NCBI GenBank assembly: GCA_017560145.1
Contig: JAFYON010000047.1
Location: forward strand, 2,906 to 66,905
Direction: 5' to 3'
Source: Clostridia bacterium
Lineage (GTDB): Bacteria > Bacillota > Clostridia > Oscillospirales > CAG-382
DNA length: 64,000 bases
The notes under the pieces were generated by a model that saw only the letters and a program-made list of their open reading frames with translations, made no database searches and had not been told where the DNA came from. The position numbers were made by a program, and so were the translations under genes. Of the stretch, positions 28,487 through 37,276 are shown in pieces; the stretch's first letter is position 1, and each line of letters starts with the position of its first letter.

Positions 28487-28971
28487 TCGGCATCTTCTCC
28501 CGAAGCGGACATAATAACCTCTTCGCTGTCTTCCTCGGATTCAGACTCGAGCGGCTTTTTCTTTGCAAGAGGCTTTTCGACGCCCTTTGCATATTTTCCA
28601 AGCACGCCGTGAATAAAGCCGACAGATTCCTCCTCGCCGAAATGACGCGCCAATTCAAGCGCCTCGTTGACGGTGATCTCAACAGGAATTTCGGGGAAAT
28701 AATCTATTTCGCACGCCGCAATGCGAAGAACGGTAAGCGAAACGCGATCGATTCTGTCAAGGCGCCAATTATCTGTGCAGCGCTCGATCTTTTCGTTGAT
28801 GTCGCCAAGGTTTTCATCCGCACGGATAAAAAGCTGACGGGCAAATTCGCTTATCTTGATATCGCGTTCGACAACTGCCGATTCCATAATTTCTTCTGCG
28901 GTGCGATCGTAATCAAAGCTGCGTTCAAAAAGCAGAGTTATTGCGACCTCGCGCGATTCACGTCTTGTCAT
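28483..28971 (-). CDS. nusB: Transcription antitermination factor NusB
   Basis: MTRRESREVAITLLFE start at 28971 after GAGG. NusB core followed by an acidic C-terminal tail. Confidence 0.85.
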   Translation of the reverse strand: MTRRESREVAITLLFERSFDYDRTAEEIMESAVVERDIKISEFARQLFIRADENLGDINEKIERCTDNWRLDRIDRVSLTVLRIAACEIDYFPEIPVEITVNEALELARHFGEEESVGFIHGVLGKYAKGVEKPLAKKKPLESESEEDSEEVIMSASGEDAE

Positions 28972-29071
28972 ATTCATTACCTCGTATATGTGTACATAGT
29001 AAATCACGTTATTATATCATCTTTTACCGCTGTTGTCAAATATATAGTTGCAAAATAATTGCAAAAAACAC

Positions 29072-29100
29072 TTGAAAAATCAACATTTTTTCGCTATAAT
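29072..29100 (+). promoter_or_regulatory. Promoter of gpmI
   Basis: TTGAAA (29072-29077), 17-nt spacer, TATAAT (29095-29100). Confidence 0.6.
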
Positions 29101-29143
29101 TAATCTGTTAAAATATATTTTTGAAACCGAGAGGTAATTTTTT

Positions 29144-30748
29144 ATGTCTAACGGAATTTTCGGCGCAGAAAAGCGCCCTGTTATCACTATTGTAATGGAC
29201 GGCATCGGCATTTGCGCACGTGAGGAGGGCAACGCCATCAAAGCGGCCGACACTCCCACGCTCGATATGCTTGCCGCAAAATATCCCTGCTTCAGCCTTA
29301 AGGCACACGGCACCGCAGTAGGCCTTCCCTCCGACGACGATATGGGCAACTCCGAGGTTGGCCACAACGCGCTCGGCGCAGGTCAGGTTTTCGCTCAGGG
29401 CGCGAAGCTCGTTTCCGAGGCTATCGAAACCGGCAGAATGTTTAATAGCGATTCCTGGAAGCAGATCGTTAACAACGCAAAGAACGGCACTCTCCACTTC
29501 CTTGGCCTTTTCTCGGACGGTAACGTTCACTCGCACATCGACCACTTAAAGGCAATGGTAGTCCGTGCAAAGGAAGAAGGACTCAGCAAGGTTCGTATCC
29601 ACATCCTTCTTGACGGCCGTGACGTTGGCGAAACCAGCGCGCTCGATTACGTTTGTCCCTTCGAGGAATTCTTGAGCGACCTCCGCGATGACAGCTTTGA
29701 CGTTTGCATCGCATCGGGCGGCGGCAGAATGGTTATCACCATGGACAGATACGAGGCTAACTGGGCAATGGTTGAAAAGGGCTGGGCTACCCACGTGCTC
29801 GGCGAAGGCAGACTTTTTGCTTCCGCAGAAGAGGCTATCACCACTCTCAGAAACGAAACCGGCGCTATCGACCAGGATCTTGCACCCTTCGTTATCGCAC
29901 GTGACGGCAAGCCCGTCGGCACCATCGAAAACGGCGACAGCGTTGTATTCTTTAACTTCCGCGGCGACCGCGCTATTGAAATCAGCAAGACCTTTGAAGC
30001 AGGCGCAGATTTCGACAAGTTCGACCGCAAGCGTGTTCCCGGCGTAGTTTACGCAGGTATGCTTGAATATGACGGAGATGCTCACATCCCCTCCAGATAT
30101 CTCGTTTCTCCTCCCGAAATCAGCAACACCATGGGCGAATTCCTTGTAAACAAGGGCATTCGTCAGCTCGCAGTTTCCGAAACTCAGAAATACGGTCACG
30201 TTACCTATTTCTGGAACGGCAACAGAAGCGGCAAGTTCAGCGAGGAATTGGAAGAATATATCGAGGTTCCCTCCGACGTAGTTCCCTTCGAGCAGCGTCC
30301 CTGGATGAAGTGTGCCGAGATCACCGATATTCTTATCGAAAAGATCAAGAGCGGCAATTACGATGCGCTCCGCGTTAACTTCCCCAACGGCGATATGGTC
30401 GGCCACACCGGCTCGTTCATCGCGGCTAAGATCTCGGTTGAAGCACTTGACATCTGCCTTGCAAGAATTCTTAAGGCAGTCGACGAGGTAAAGGGTATTG
30501 CGATCATCACCGCAGACCACGGCAACGCCGACGAAATGTACGAGATCGACAAGAAGTCGGGTCTTGCAAAGACAAACAAGGACGGCAGCAAGAAGGCAAA
30601 GACCAGCCACACCCTAAACCCCGTTCCCTGCTATATTTACGATAACTTCTACAGCGATAAATACGAATGCATCGACGGCGATTACGGTCTTGCAAACGTT
30701 GCGGCTACGGTAGTTACCATGATGGGCTACGATGCTCCCGATATGTAG
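29144..30748 (+). CDS. gpmI: 2,3-bisphosphoglycerate-independent phosphoglycerate mutase
   Basis: 534 aa. iPGM motifs MGNSEVGHNALGAG and ITADHGN. Confidence 0.9.
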   Translation: MSNGIFGAEKRPVITIVMDGIGICAREEGNAIKAADTPTLDMLAAKYPCFSLKAHGTAVGLPSDDDMGNSEVGHNALGAGQVFAQGAKLVSEAIETGRMFNSDSWKQIVNNAKNGTLHFLGLFSDGNVHSHIDHLKAMVVRAKEEGLSKVRIHILLDGRDVGETSALDYVCPFEEFLSDLRDDSFDVCIASGGGRMVITMDRYEANWAMVEKGWATHVLGEGRLFASAEEAITTLRNETGAIDQDLAPFVIARDGKPVGTIENGDSVVFFNFRGDRAIEISKTFEAGADFDKFDRKRVPGVVYAGMLEYDGDAHIPSRYLVSPPEISNTMGEFLVNKGIRQLAVSETQKYGHVTYFWNGNRSGKFSEELEEYIEVPSDVVPFEQRPWMKCAEITDILIEKIKSGNYDALRVNFPNGDMVGHTGSFIAAKISVEALDICLARILKAVDEVKGIAIITADHGNADEMYEIDKKSGLAKTNKDGSKKAKTSHTLNPVPCYIYDNFYSDKYECIDGDYGLANVAATVVTMMGYDAPDM

Positions 30749-30809
30749 GAAAAATCGATGATCACCCTTAAATAAACCCCTATTGCATTTTTCAAAGGAC
30801 TGATTTTTA

Positions 30810-31529
30810 ATGTTACTTGACATTATATACGGCGGCGGCTCGTTTGGCGAAATACTGCTTGAGCTGCTTATAATGATAGTCGCGCTTTTGCCCGCGCTCA
30901 CCTTTCACGAGTGGGCGCACGGCTTTGCCGCGTATAAGCTCGGAGATCATACAGCGAAAGCCGACGGACGGCTTTCGCTTAACCCTCTCGATCACCTTGA
31001 CCCTCTCGGCACGATAATGATGCTTTTGGTTGGCTTCGGTTGGGCAAAGCCGGTTCCGGTTATGACGCGCAACTTCAAAAAACCGCGCCGCGATTTTGCC
31101 ATCACCTCGTTGGCAGGCCCGTTCACGAACTTTATCGTCGGATTTTTTGCGACGGTGCTTTTCGTTTTGGCGATATGCATCTGTGTGTCGAACGAATGGT
31201 TAGGCAACATCACCGCCGAGGCGATACTGTCGGTATTTTATTACTCGGCATTATTCAACTTCGGCTTGGGACTTTTCAATCTCATTCCCCTTCCTCCACT
31301 TGACGGCTCGAACGTGGTTATGTGCTTGCTTCCCAACCGCTTGGCGGCAAAGTATTCAAAGGTGAGATATTATTCGCGTTATATCTTTTTGGGACTTATT
31401 ATTTTGCAAAATATACCGAAATTGGAAATCATTCCCCAAATCATCTTCTGGCCGCTTTCGGTAGGCAGAGATTTTCTCTTCGGCATTTCGTCTAGTTTCG
31501 CAAATTGGATATTCAGCTTTGTATTTTAA
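30810..31529 (+). CDS. Site-2 protease (M50) family membrane metalloprotease
   Basis: 239 aa membrane protein with HEWAHG zinc motif and downstream NLIPLPPLDG. Confidence 0.75.
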   Translation: MLLDIIYGGGSFGEILLELLIMIVALLPALTFHEWAHGFAAYKLGDHTAKADGRLSLNPLDHLDPLGTIMMLLVGFGWAKPVPVMTRNFKKPRRDFAITSLAGPFTNFIVGFFATVLFVLAICICVSNEWLGNITAEAILSVFYYSALFNFGLGLFNLIPLPPLDGSNVVMCLLPNRLAAKYSKVRYYSRYIFLGLIILQNIPKLEIIPQIIFWPLSVGRDFLFGISSSFANWIFSFVF

Positions 31530-31549
31530 TTGGATAATTACGGTGATTT

Positions 31550-32287
31550 ATGGAAATCCTTAATTTAAAGGTTGAGCAATACGAAGGCCCTCTTGACCTT
31601 CTGCTCGCGCTAATTTCCAAACACAAAATAGACATTTTCGACATTCCCATTGCCGAAATATGCGATCAGTATATCGCCTATCTCGATGCAATGCGCAAGC
31701 TCGATATGGAGGTCACAAGCGAATTCGTCGTTATGGCGGCGGAATTGATGCTTATCAAGAGCAAAATGCTGCTTCCCCGTACCGAGGAAAGCGAAGACCC
31801 CCGTGCACAGCTTGTCGATGCATTGCTTGAGCATCAGCGTGCAAAGGCGGCGGCGGAATTTTTGCGTTTGCAAAGCGCAGGTCACTTCGATACCTTTACA
31901 AAGCCCGCAAGCGAGCTTGAAAAGAGCGATTACACGCGTGACCACGCGGTTGAATTGCTTACCGAGGCGTTTGCCCGCATTGCCGACCGTGTTGCCGCGC
32001 GCAAGACAGACGGCGAGCCCGAGCTTTTCAAGCGTATTGAAGAAAGATATTATTCGGTCGAGGAAAAATCTCAGGATATTATGAAATATCTCGAGCGCAA
32101 AAGAAATTGCACCTTTATCGACCTTTTCACCGGTGTTCACAGCAGGAGCGAGGCTGTTGCCGTATTTATGGCATTACTCGAGCTTGTGCGCGACGGTTTG
32201 ATAGACGTCGAGGGCAACGGCGAGGATATCGAACTATCCATTGCCGAGCACGATGAGGAACCGATTTTCGACGGCACCCCCTTATAA
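31550..32287 (+). CDS. scpA: Segregation and condensation protein A
   Basis: 245 aa. YEGPLDLLLALISKHKIDIFDIPIAEI is the ScpA N-terminal signature. Confidence 0.85.
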   Translation: MEILNLKVEQYEGPLDLLLALISKHKIDIFDIPIAEICDQYIAYLDAMRKLDMEVTSEFVVMAAELMLIKSKMLLPRTEESEDPRAQLVDALLEHQRAKAAAEFLRLQSAGHFDTFTKPASELEKSDYTRDHAVELLTEAFARIADRVAARKTDGEPELFKRIEERYYSVEEKSQDIMKYLERKRNCTFIDLFTGVHSRSEAVAVFMALLELVRDGLIDVEGNGEDIELSIAEHDEEPIFDGTPL

Positions 32288-32299
32288 TCGGAGGTAACT

Positions 32300-32881
32300 A
32301 TGAATATTAACAACGAAACCCCCGCGGCGCTCGAGGCAATACTTTTTGCCTGCGGCGGACCGGTCGCGTTTGACCGTCTTTGCGATATACTCGGTGTTAA
32401 CGCCGAAGGTCTTCGCGAGGCGGCGGCGATACTTAAAAACAAATATGCGGACGACCGCGAAAGCGGAATTCAGCTTATTACGGTCGAAAGCGCATATCAG
32501 CTCTGCACGAAGGCATACGTTGCAGAATACGTAAAAAAGGCGCTTGAGCTTCGCAAGGCACCGCCGCTTTCAAAGGCATCCTTGGAGGTTCTTGCCATTA
32601 TCGCCTACAACCAGCCCGTAACAAGATCGTTTGTCGAAATGGTGCGCGGTGTCGACAGCTCGGCAATCGTCGCTTCGCTTGTCGACAAAGGGCTTGTTGC
32701 AGAGCGCGGCACGCTTGACGCACCCGGCAGACCGATCCTTTTCGGCACGACCGATGCATTTTTGCGTTGCTTCGGATTGGAAAGCATCGACGATCTTCCC
32801 AAGACCGAGCTTCAAATGGCGGGCGAGCAGGTAGTGCTTGATTTTACGTCGGAGGAAGCAACCGAACCGACTGCTGAATAA
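32300..32881 (+). CDS. scpB: Segregation and condensation protein B
   Basis: 193 aa. ALEAILFA...LEVLAIIAYNQPVTR winged-helix ScpB pattern, directly after scpA. Confidence 0.85.
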   Translation: MNINNETPAALEAILFACGGPVAFDRLCDILGVNAEGLREAAAILKNKYADDRESGIQLITVESAYQLCTKAYVAEYVKKALELRKAPPLSKASLEVLAIIAYNQPVTRSFVEMVRGVDSSAIVASLVDKGLVAERGTLDAPGRPILFGTTDAFLRCFGLESIDDLPKTELQMAGEQVVLDFTSEEATEPTAE

Positions 32882-32899
32882 TTATTGAGAGGGAACATT

Positions 32900-33382
32900 A
32901 TGAACAACACAAACGAAATTCCGCTTAAACAGATAATCGACACCGCAATTTCCAAAATCGGCGAGGTCGTTGACGTTAACACCGTTATCGGCGACCCCAT
33001 TACCATTCAGGGCGACGTGACCATTATACCCTTTTCCAAGGTAGCGGTCGGATTCGCCTCGGGCGGTACCGAATTTGGCGGCAAGCATCCTTCCCCCAAC
33101 GGAAAAGCATATTTCGCAGGCGGCAACGGTGCAGGCGTAACAATGTCTCCTCTTGGCTTTATCGTCGTTGAGCAGGGCAAGGCGCGTGTTGTTGAGCTTG
33201 GCAATACGGCAACCTACAACGCTCCGACTGACCCCGTCAACCGCGTGCTTGACGGCATCAACGGCGTGGTTGACAAGGCGCCCGATATTCTTGCGAAGAT
33301 TATGGCGCTCTTTAACGGCAACGCCGAAAATACCGAAGAAGAGCTTGTTGCCGTCGAGGTTGAGGAAACAACCGCAGAATAA
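32900..33382 (+). CDS. ytfJ: Sporulation protein YtfJ (GerW family)
   Basis: The motif IIPFSKVAVGFASGG.EFG is typical of YtfJ/GerW. ATG at 32900 follows GAGAGGGA. Confidence 0.7.
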   Translation: MNNTNEIPLKQIIDTAISKIGEVVDVNTVIGDPITIQGDVTIIPFSKVAVGFASGGTEFGGKHPSPNGKAYFAGGNGAGVTMSPLGFIVVEQGKARVVELGNTATYNAPTDPVNRVLDGINGVVDKAPDILAKIMALFNGNAENTEEELVAVEVEETTAE

Positions 33383-33395
33383 TCAAAACACGTTT

Positions 33396-33421
33396 AAAAG
33401 CCCGTTGTTCGGGCTTTTTTC
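33396..33421 (+). terminator. Intrinsic terminator after ytfJ
   Basis: AAAAGCCCG-TTGTT-CGGGCTTTTTT. Confidence 0.8.
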
Positions 33422-33423
33422 TA

Positions 33424-33452
33424 TTGACATTCGGGGTATCGAGTGCTATAAT
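33424..33452 (+). promoter_or_regulatory. Consensus promoter of nagB
   Basis: TTGACA (33424-33429), 17-nt spacer, TATAAT (33447-33452). Confidence 0.7.
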
Positions 33453-33488
33453 CCAAGTTAGAAAAATATTTTCGGAGGAAGATAAATT

Positions 33489-34211
33489 ATGAGAATTATC
33501 ATTTGCGAAAACGCAGAAGCAGTTGCAAAAGAAGCTGCTAAAATTTTTGCTGCACAGGTTTATATGAAGCCCAATTCGGTTCTCGGTCTTGCTACCGGCT
33601 CTACCCCCGTTGGCATGTACAAGATCCTTGCTGATATGAATCAGAAGGGCGAAATTTCGTTCAAGGATTGCAAATCCTTCAACCTTGACGAATATTATCC
33701 TCTCGCTCCCACCCACGATCAGAGCTACCGTTACTTTATGAACGTTAACTTCTTCGATCACATCGATATCGACAAGGCAAACACCCGCGTTCCCGACGGT
33801 CTTGCTGAAGATCCTGCAGCTATGGGCGCAGAATACGATGCAGCTATCGACGCAGCAGGCGGTGTTGATATTCAGGTTCTCGGTATCGGTCAGAACGGCC
33901 ACATCGCGTTCAACGAACCCGATGAAAAGCTCGTTGCAGGTACCCACCTCACCTCTCTTACCGAAAGCACCATCAACGCAAACGCTCGTTTCTTCGAAAA
34001 GAAGGAAGACGTTCCTACTCAGGCAGTTACCATGGGTATGGCTTCCATCATGAAGGCAAAGACCATCATCCTTCTCGCTACCGGCAAGGCTAAGCATCAG
34101 GCAGTTTCGGAGCTTCTTGATGACAAGATCACCACACAAAACCCCGCAACCCTTCTTAAGCTTCACCCCAACACCATTATTCTTGTTGACAAAGACGCAT
34201 ACGAAGGTTGA
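33489..34211 (+). CDS. nagB: Glucosamine-6-phosphate deaminase
   Basis: 240 aa. LGLATGSTP and GIGQNGHIAFNEP motifs. Confidence 0.9.
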   Translation: MRIIICENAEAVAKEAAKIFAAQVYMKPNSVLGLATGSTPVGMYKILADMNQKGEISFKDCKSFNLDEYYPLAPTHDQSYRYFMNVNFFDHIDIDKANTRVPDGLAEDPAAMGAEYDAAIDAAGGVDIQVLGIGQNGHIAFNEPDEKLVAGTHLTSLTESTINANARFFEKKEDVPTQAVTMGMASIMKAKTIILLATGKAKHQAVSELLDDKITTQNPATLLKLHPNTIILVDKDAYEG

Positions 34212-34270
34212 TCGAAGCGCATTATCGGCGCAGAGCGAACAAAAAAGATTTTTTAATCAGTCTTTATAAG

Positions 34271-34300
34271 GAAGAAACCGCTTTTTGCGGTTTCTTTTTT
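34271..34300 (+). terminator. Intrinsic terminator after nagB
   Basis: GAAGAAACCGC-TTTTT-GCGGTTTCTTTTTT. Confidence 0.8.
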
Positions 34301-34357
34301 ATTTAAATTGTATTTTTTTGTTCTTTGCACAAAAAACACTCTCGCAGTAGGTTTCTA

Positions 34358-34496
34358 CAGCTTCGGTGTTTTTTGTCCAATCTGCATCCAATCTTGCGCT
34401 CCTCCGGTTCGACTTAACCGTACGCTCTCGACACAAAATGCAGCTTCGGATTATGATTGTTCAATCTGCACTCGCCTGAACGCCCCTCCGCTTCGA
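34358..34496. repeat. Degenerate direct repeat, two units of about 55 nt spaced 83-84 nt apart
   Basis: Unit 1 (34358-34412) is CAGCTTCGGTGTTTTTTGTCCAATCTGCATCC...CCTCCGGTTCGA. Unit 2 (34441-34496) is CAGCTTCGGATTATGATTGTTCAATCTGCACTC...CCTCCGCTTCGA. They are about two-thirds identical by eye. Confidence 0.6.
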
Positions 34497-34563
34497 TTTT
34501 TTTTGCGTCAACTCTCTTCTGTTTCGCGGGGCGCATATCCTCGAAAAATATAGAATCCAACAG

Positions 34564-34597
34564 AAAAAGCCGCGTAATACACGCGGCTTTGTTTTTT
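34564..34597. terminator. Terminator after the discoidin/SGNH lipoprotein gene
   Basis: AAAAAGCCGCG-TAATACA-CGCGGCTTTGTTTTTT. T-runs on both strands. Confidence 0.75.
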
Positions 34598-34607
34598 GCT
34601 TTTTTAT

Positions 34608-36011
34608 TTATTTGTTGTAATCGTAGCCTTGTTCGCAGGCGATTTTTGCGCATTCCTTTAATGCATTGGCGGTTTCTTCGTCGAGGCCTGCGGTATAGGT
34701 GATATCTTCAACGTCGATATCCAAATAGGTCATTGCAAGGACGCAGGCGGAAAGATATCCGCCGATATCGGAATGGTGGGAATCGTCGGTGTGATAAAGG
34801 TTTATCTTGGGATATTTTTCGGTACAGATAAGGAATGCATCTGCAACGGGAGCAACCTTTTCGATGCTATAGGTTTCGGCAAGCTTGGTGTAATTGACCT
34901 CGTGTCTATATGCGCTTGCAGGACGCTGTGCGGGGTCGTCATTGGAGGAGTAACGCTTATAGAGAACGACCTCGGCGTCGGTTGCTCTTATCATCGGGAC
35001 GAGCTTTTCCAACGCGGGCTGAGATTCTGCGTAATCGGCGTTTCCGTTATCCTGAAGCACAACGTAATCGTATTTGGTGGCGTTAAGCTTGCTCTTGAAC
35101 AACGCGCCAAGCTGATTGCTTGGGTCGGCATACTGCGAAAGATAAGCACCGCCGCCGCAGCAATATTCAACCTCGATATTGATTCCTGCCGATTGAGCGA
35201 TAAAGAATACCTTGTAGGGGATATTGAAGAAGAAGGTGGTGCTGTTGCCGACGAAAAGGATCTTCTTGTCGACGTTCTGAACGGGATAAGCAAGCTGTCT
35301 TTCGGTCGCGATGCCGTATGCCTCGACCTCGCTTATAAACATCCAACCGCCTGCATTTGCGCAAAAGCGATACTGAACGTAGCGTGCGGTGACCGCCTCT
35401 TCAATAACGAGAGTGCATTCAACGTTCGCCTTCTTTGCATCGTCGATCTGTGTTGTCGCGCCAACGCGATGCCATTCCTCGCCGTCGTTCGAAACAAATA
35501 TCCAAACGATCGAGGGTGCATCGATACCAACGCGAAGGAACTGGCAGGACGCAGTATGCGCAACGAATTTGTCAAGCGCATAATTGCCGCCAAGGTCAAC
35601 TGTTATTGCGGAATAACCGTTTGCGCAGTAATCGGCGCTCGAACGGCTAAAGCCCATAAAAGCTTTATCGGAATAATTCGCTCTTTCTGCGGGAAGTATT
35701 CCGTCGGTCATGCTTATATTGCCCTCGTCGGGATAAGAGGGGTTATCGGCAGGATGAAGATTTGATTTTTTATAGGTCTTGTTCAGTGCTACGTTTGTAT
35801 AAGAGGGGTCTTGCGAAATGTTAACCATAGGGGTCGTGTCCTCCTCGGGCTCTGATGATTCCTCGCTTACGTCGGCAAGCGATTCCTCTTCGCTGATTAC
35901 GGGATTGCTTTGATCGGGTTCGGCTTGATCGTCCTCACAACCGAGAAGTACCAAGGGAAAAAGCGAAAGTACCAACAGCAGTGCAAGTGCGCGCGATAAT
36001 GTTTTTTTCAT
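34608..36011 (-). CDS. Lipoprotein with discoidin (F5/8 type C)-like domain and SGNH-like (DUF4886-type) domain
   Basis: Lipobox LVLLGC. The middle region (LTDG-like MTDGILP, ITVDLGGNYALDKF, FVSNDGEEW, ARYVQYRF, ISEVEAYG) resembles discoidin domains. The C-terminal ILFVGNSTTFF...VVLQDNG resembles an SGNH-like fold. Confidence 0.55.
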   Translation of the reverse strand: MKKTLSRALALLLVLSLFPLVLLGCEDDQAEPDQSNPVISEEESLADVSEESSEPEEDTTPMVNISQDPSYTNVALNKTYKKSNLHPADNPSYPDEGNISMTDGILPAERANYSDKAFMGFSRSSADYCANGYSAITVDLGGNYALDKFVAHTASCQFLRVGIDAPSIVWIFVSNDGEEWHRVGATTQIDDAKKANVECTLVIEEAVTARYVQYRFCANAGGWMFISEVEAYGIATERQLAYPVQNVDKKILFVGNSTTFFFNIPYKVFFIAQSAGINIEVEYCCGGGAYLSQYADPSNQLGALFKSKLNATKYDYVVLQDNGNADYAESQPALEKLVPMIRATDAEVVLYKRYSSNDDPAQRPASAYRHEVNYTKLAETYSIEKVAPVADAFLICTEKYPKINLYHTDDSHHSDIGGYLSACVLAMTYLDIDVEDITYTAGLDEETANALKECAKIACEQGYDYNK

Positions 36012-36185
36012 TTTCTCCTCCGTAATTTTATTACTTATACTATACCATTTCCCCGTGTTTCCGTCAACAAAAAATTTTTCACGCGATCAAACAAGCCGCG
36101 CTCACCGTTTTTTGTTGCACAAGCAACGCGAAACAGATGAATTTAAGGGTATAATATAGTAAAGAAAGCAAGGAGGCAGAAAAAT

Positions 36186-37214
36186 ATGAAATATGCATTT
36201 TTTGACACGAAACCCTATGATAAGCCGTCGTTTGAAAAATACGGAGCCGAGCACGGCATCGAATTTAAGTTTTTCGAAACGAAGCTTAACCGCGACACCG
36301 CCTCTTTGGCAAAGGGATGCGACGGCGTTTGCATTTTCGTCAACGACGTTATAGATAGCGAAACCATCGACAGACTTTATGATATCGGGGTGCGCGCGGT
36401 CGCTTTGCGCTGTGCAGGATACAACAACGTCGACGTCAAGCACGCCTTCGGCAAGCTTCATATTTTCCACGTACCCGCATATTCGCCCTATGCGGTTGCC
36501 GAGCACGCGATAGCAATGCTTTTGACCTCGGTACGCCGTATCCACAAGGCTTATATCCGCACGAAGGATTTCAATTTCTCGCTTAACGGGCTTACCGGCT
36601 TTGATATGCACGGCAAGACGGTTGGCGTGATCGGCACGGGAAGGATTGGCCGCGTTTTTGCCGACATCTGCAAGGGCTTTGGAATGAAGGTGCTTGCTTA
36701 CGATAAATTCCCGTCCGAGGATGAAAATATAAATTACGTTTCGCTTGACGAGCTTTTCGAAAAAAGCGATATTATCTCGCTCCACTGCCCGTTGACCGAC
36801 GAAACCAAGCATCTTATAAACGGCGCCGCTATCGACAGAATGAAAAAGGGCGTTATCGTTATCAACACCTCACGCGGGGCGCTTATCGATACCGAAGCAC
36901 TGCTTGCAGGGATAAAATCGCGCAAGGTCGGCGCGGCTTGTCTTGACGTTTACGAAGAGGAATCGGACATATTCTTTAACGATTTTTCGGGTCATATTAT
37001 GGACGATGACACGCTTGCGCGGCTTATTTCGATGCCGAACGTGCTCGTTACCTCGCACCAAGCCTTTCTGACCGAGGAGGCGCTTAACAACATTGCCGAA
37101 ACGACGGTGAGCAATATTGTTGAATTCGCGGAAAAGGGCTTTTGCGAAAACGAGCTTTGCTACCGTTGCGGAAAAACCGAAAGCTGCAAAAATTCAAGGC
37201 GCAAATGCTTTTAA
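36186..37214 (+). CDS. ldhA: D-isomer-specific 2-hydroxyacid (D-lactate) dehydrogenase
   Basis: 342 aa. NAD motif GVIGTGRIG and the catalytic R/E/H pattern of the LdhA family. Carries an extra Cys-rich C-terminal tail. Confidence 0.85.
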   Translation: MKYAFFDTKPYDKPSFEKYGAEHGIEFKFFETKLNRDTASLAKGCDGVCIFVNDVIDSETIDRLYDIGVRAVALRCAGYNNVDVKHAFGKLHIFHVPAYSPYAVAEHAIAMLLTSVRRIHKAYIRTKDFNFSLNGLTGFDMHGKTVGVIGTGRIGRVFADICKGFGMKVLAYDKFPSEDENINYVSLDELFEKSDIISLHCPLTDETKHLINGAAIDRMKKGVIVINTSRGALIDTEALLAGIKSRKVGAACLDVYEEESDIFFNDFSGHIMDDDTLARLISMPNVLVTSHQAFLTEEALNNIAETTVSNIVEFAEKGFCENELCYRCGKTESCKNSRRKCF

Positions 37215-37276
37215 CTATTGCGTTTGGCTAAACGGTATGTATAATTGTATATAAGATCATCCGAAAGAGGCTTTTT

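Noticed and set aside
34401-34420. CCGGTTCGACTTAACCG, a hairpin resembling a tRNA T-arm, considered as a possible tRNA or tmRNA fragment.
   Set aside because: The loop does not fit the T-loop consensus. There is no acceptor, D or anticodon arm around it and no CCA-proximal pairing.
34308-34653. 81-aa plus-strand ORF (34308..34553), and 79- and 81-aa ORFs (34414..34653 minus strand, 34457..34702 plus strand), in the nagB-lipoprotein spacer.
   Set aside because: The plus-strand ORF starts at TTG (34308) and none has a visible RBS. They cross terminator hairpins or overlap the end of the lipoprotein gene in another frame. The Cys-containing similarity between their halves simply reflects the nucleotide repeat. 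At most they are a pseudogene remnant, reported as a repeat finding instead.
36065-36117. CAACAAAAAA...TTTTTTGTTG 10-bp arms in the lipoprotein/ldhA divergent spacer, considered as a third member of the A/T-armed hairpin family.
   Set aside because: The inner sequence lacks the GTAG..CTAC core. Complementarity of an A-run and a T-run alone is weak evidence, so I did not count it.
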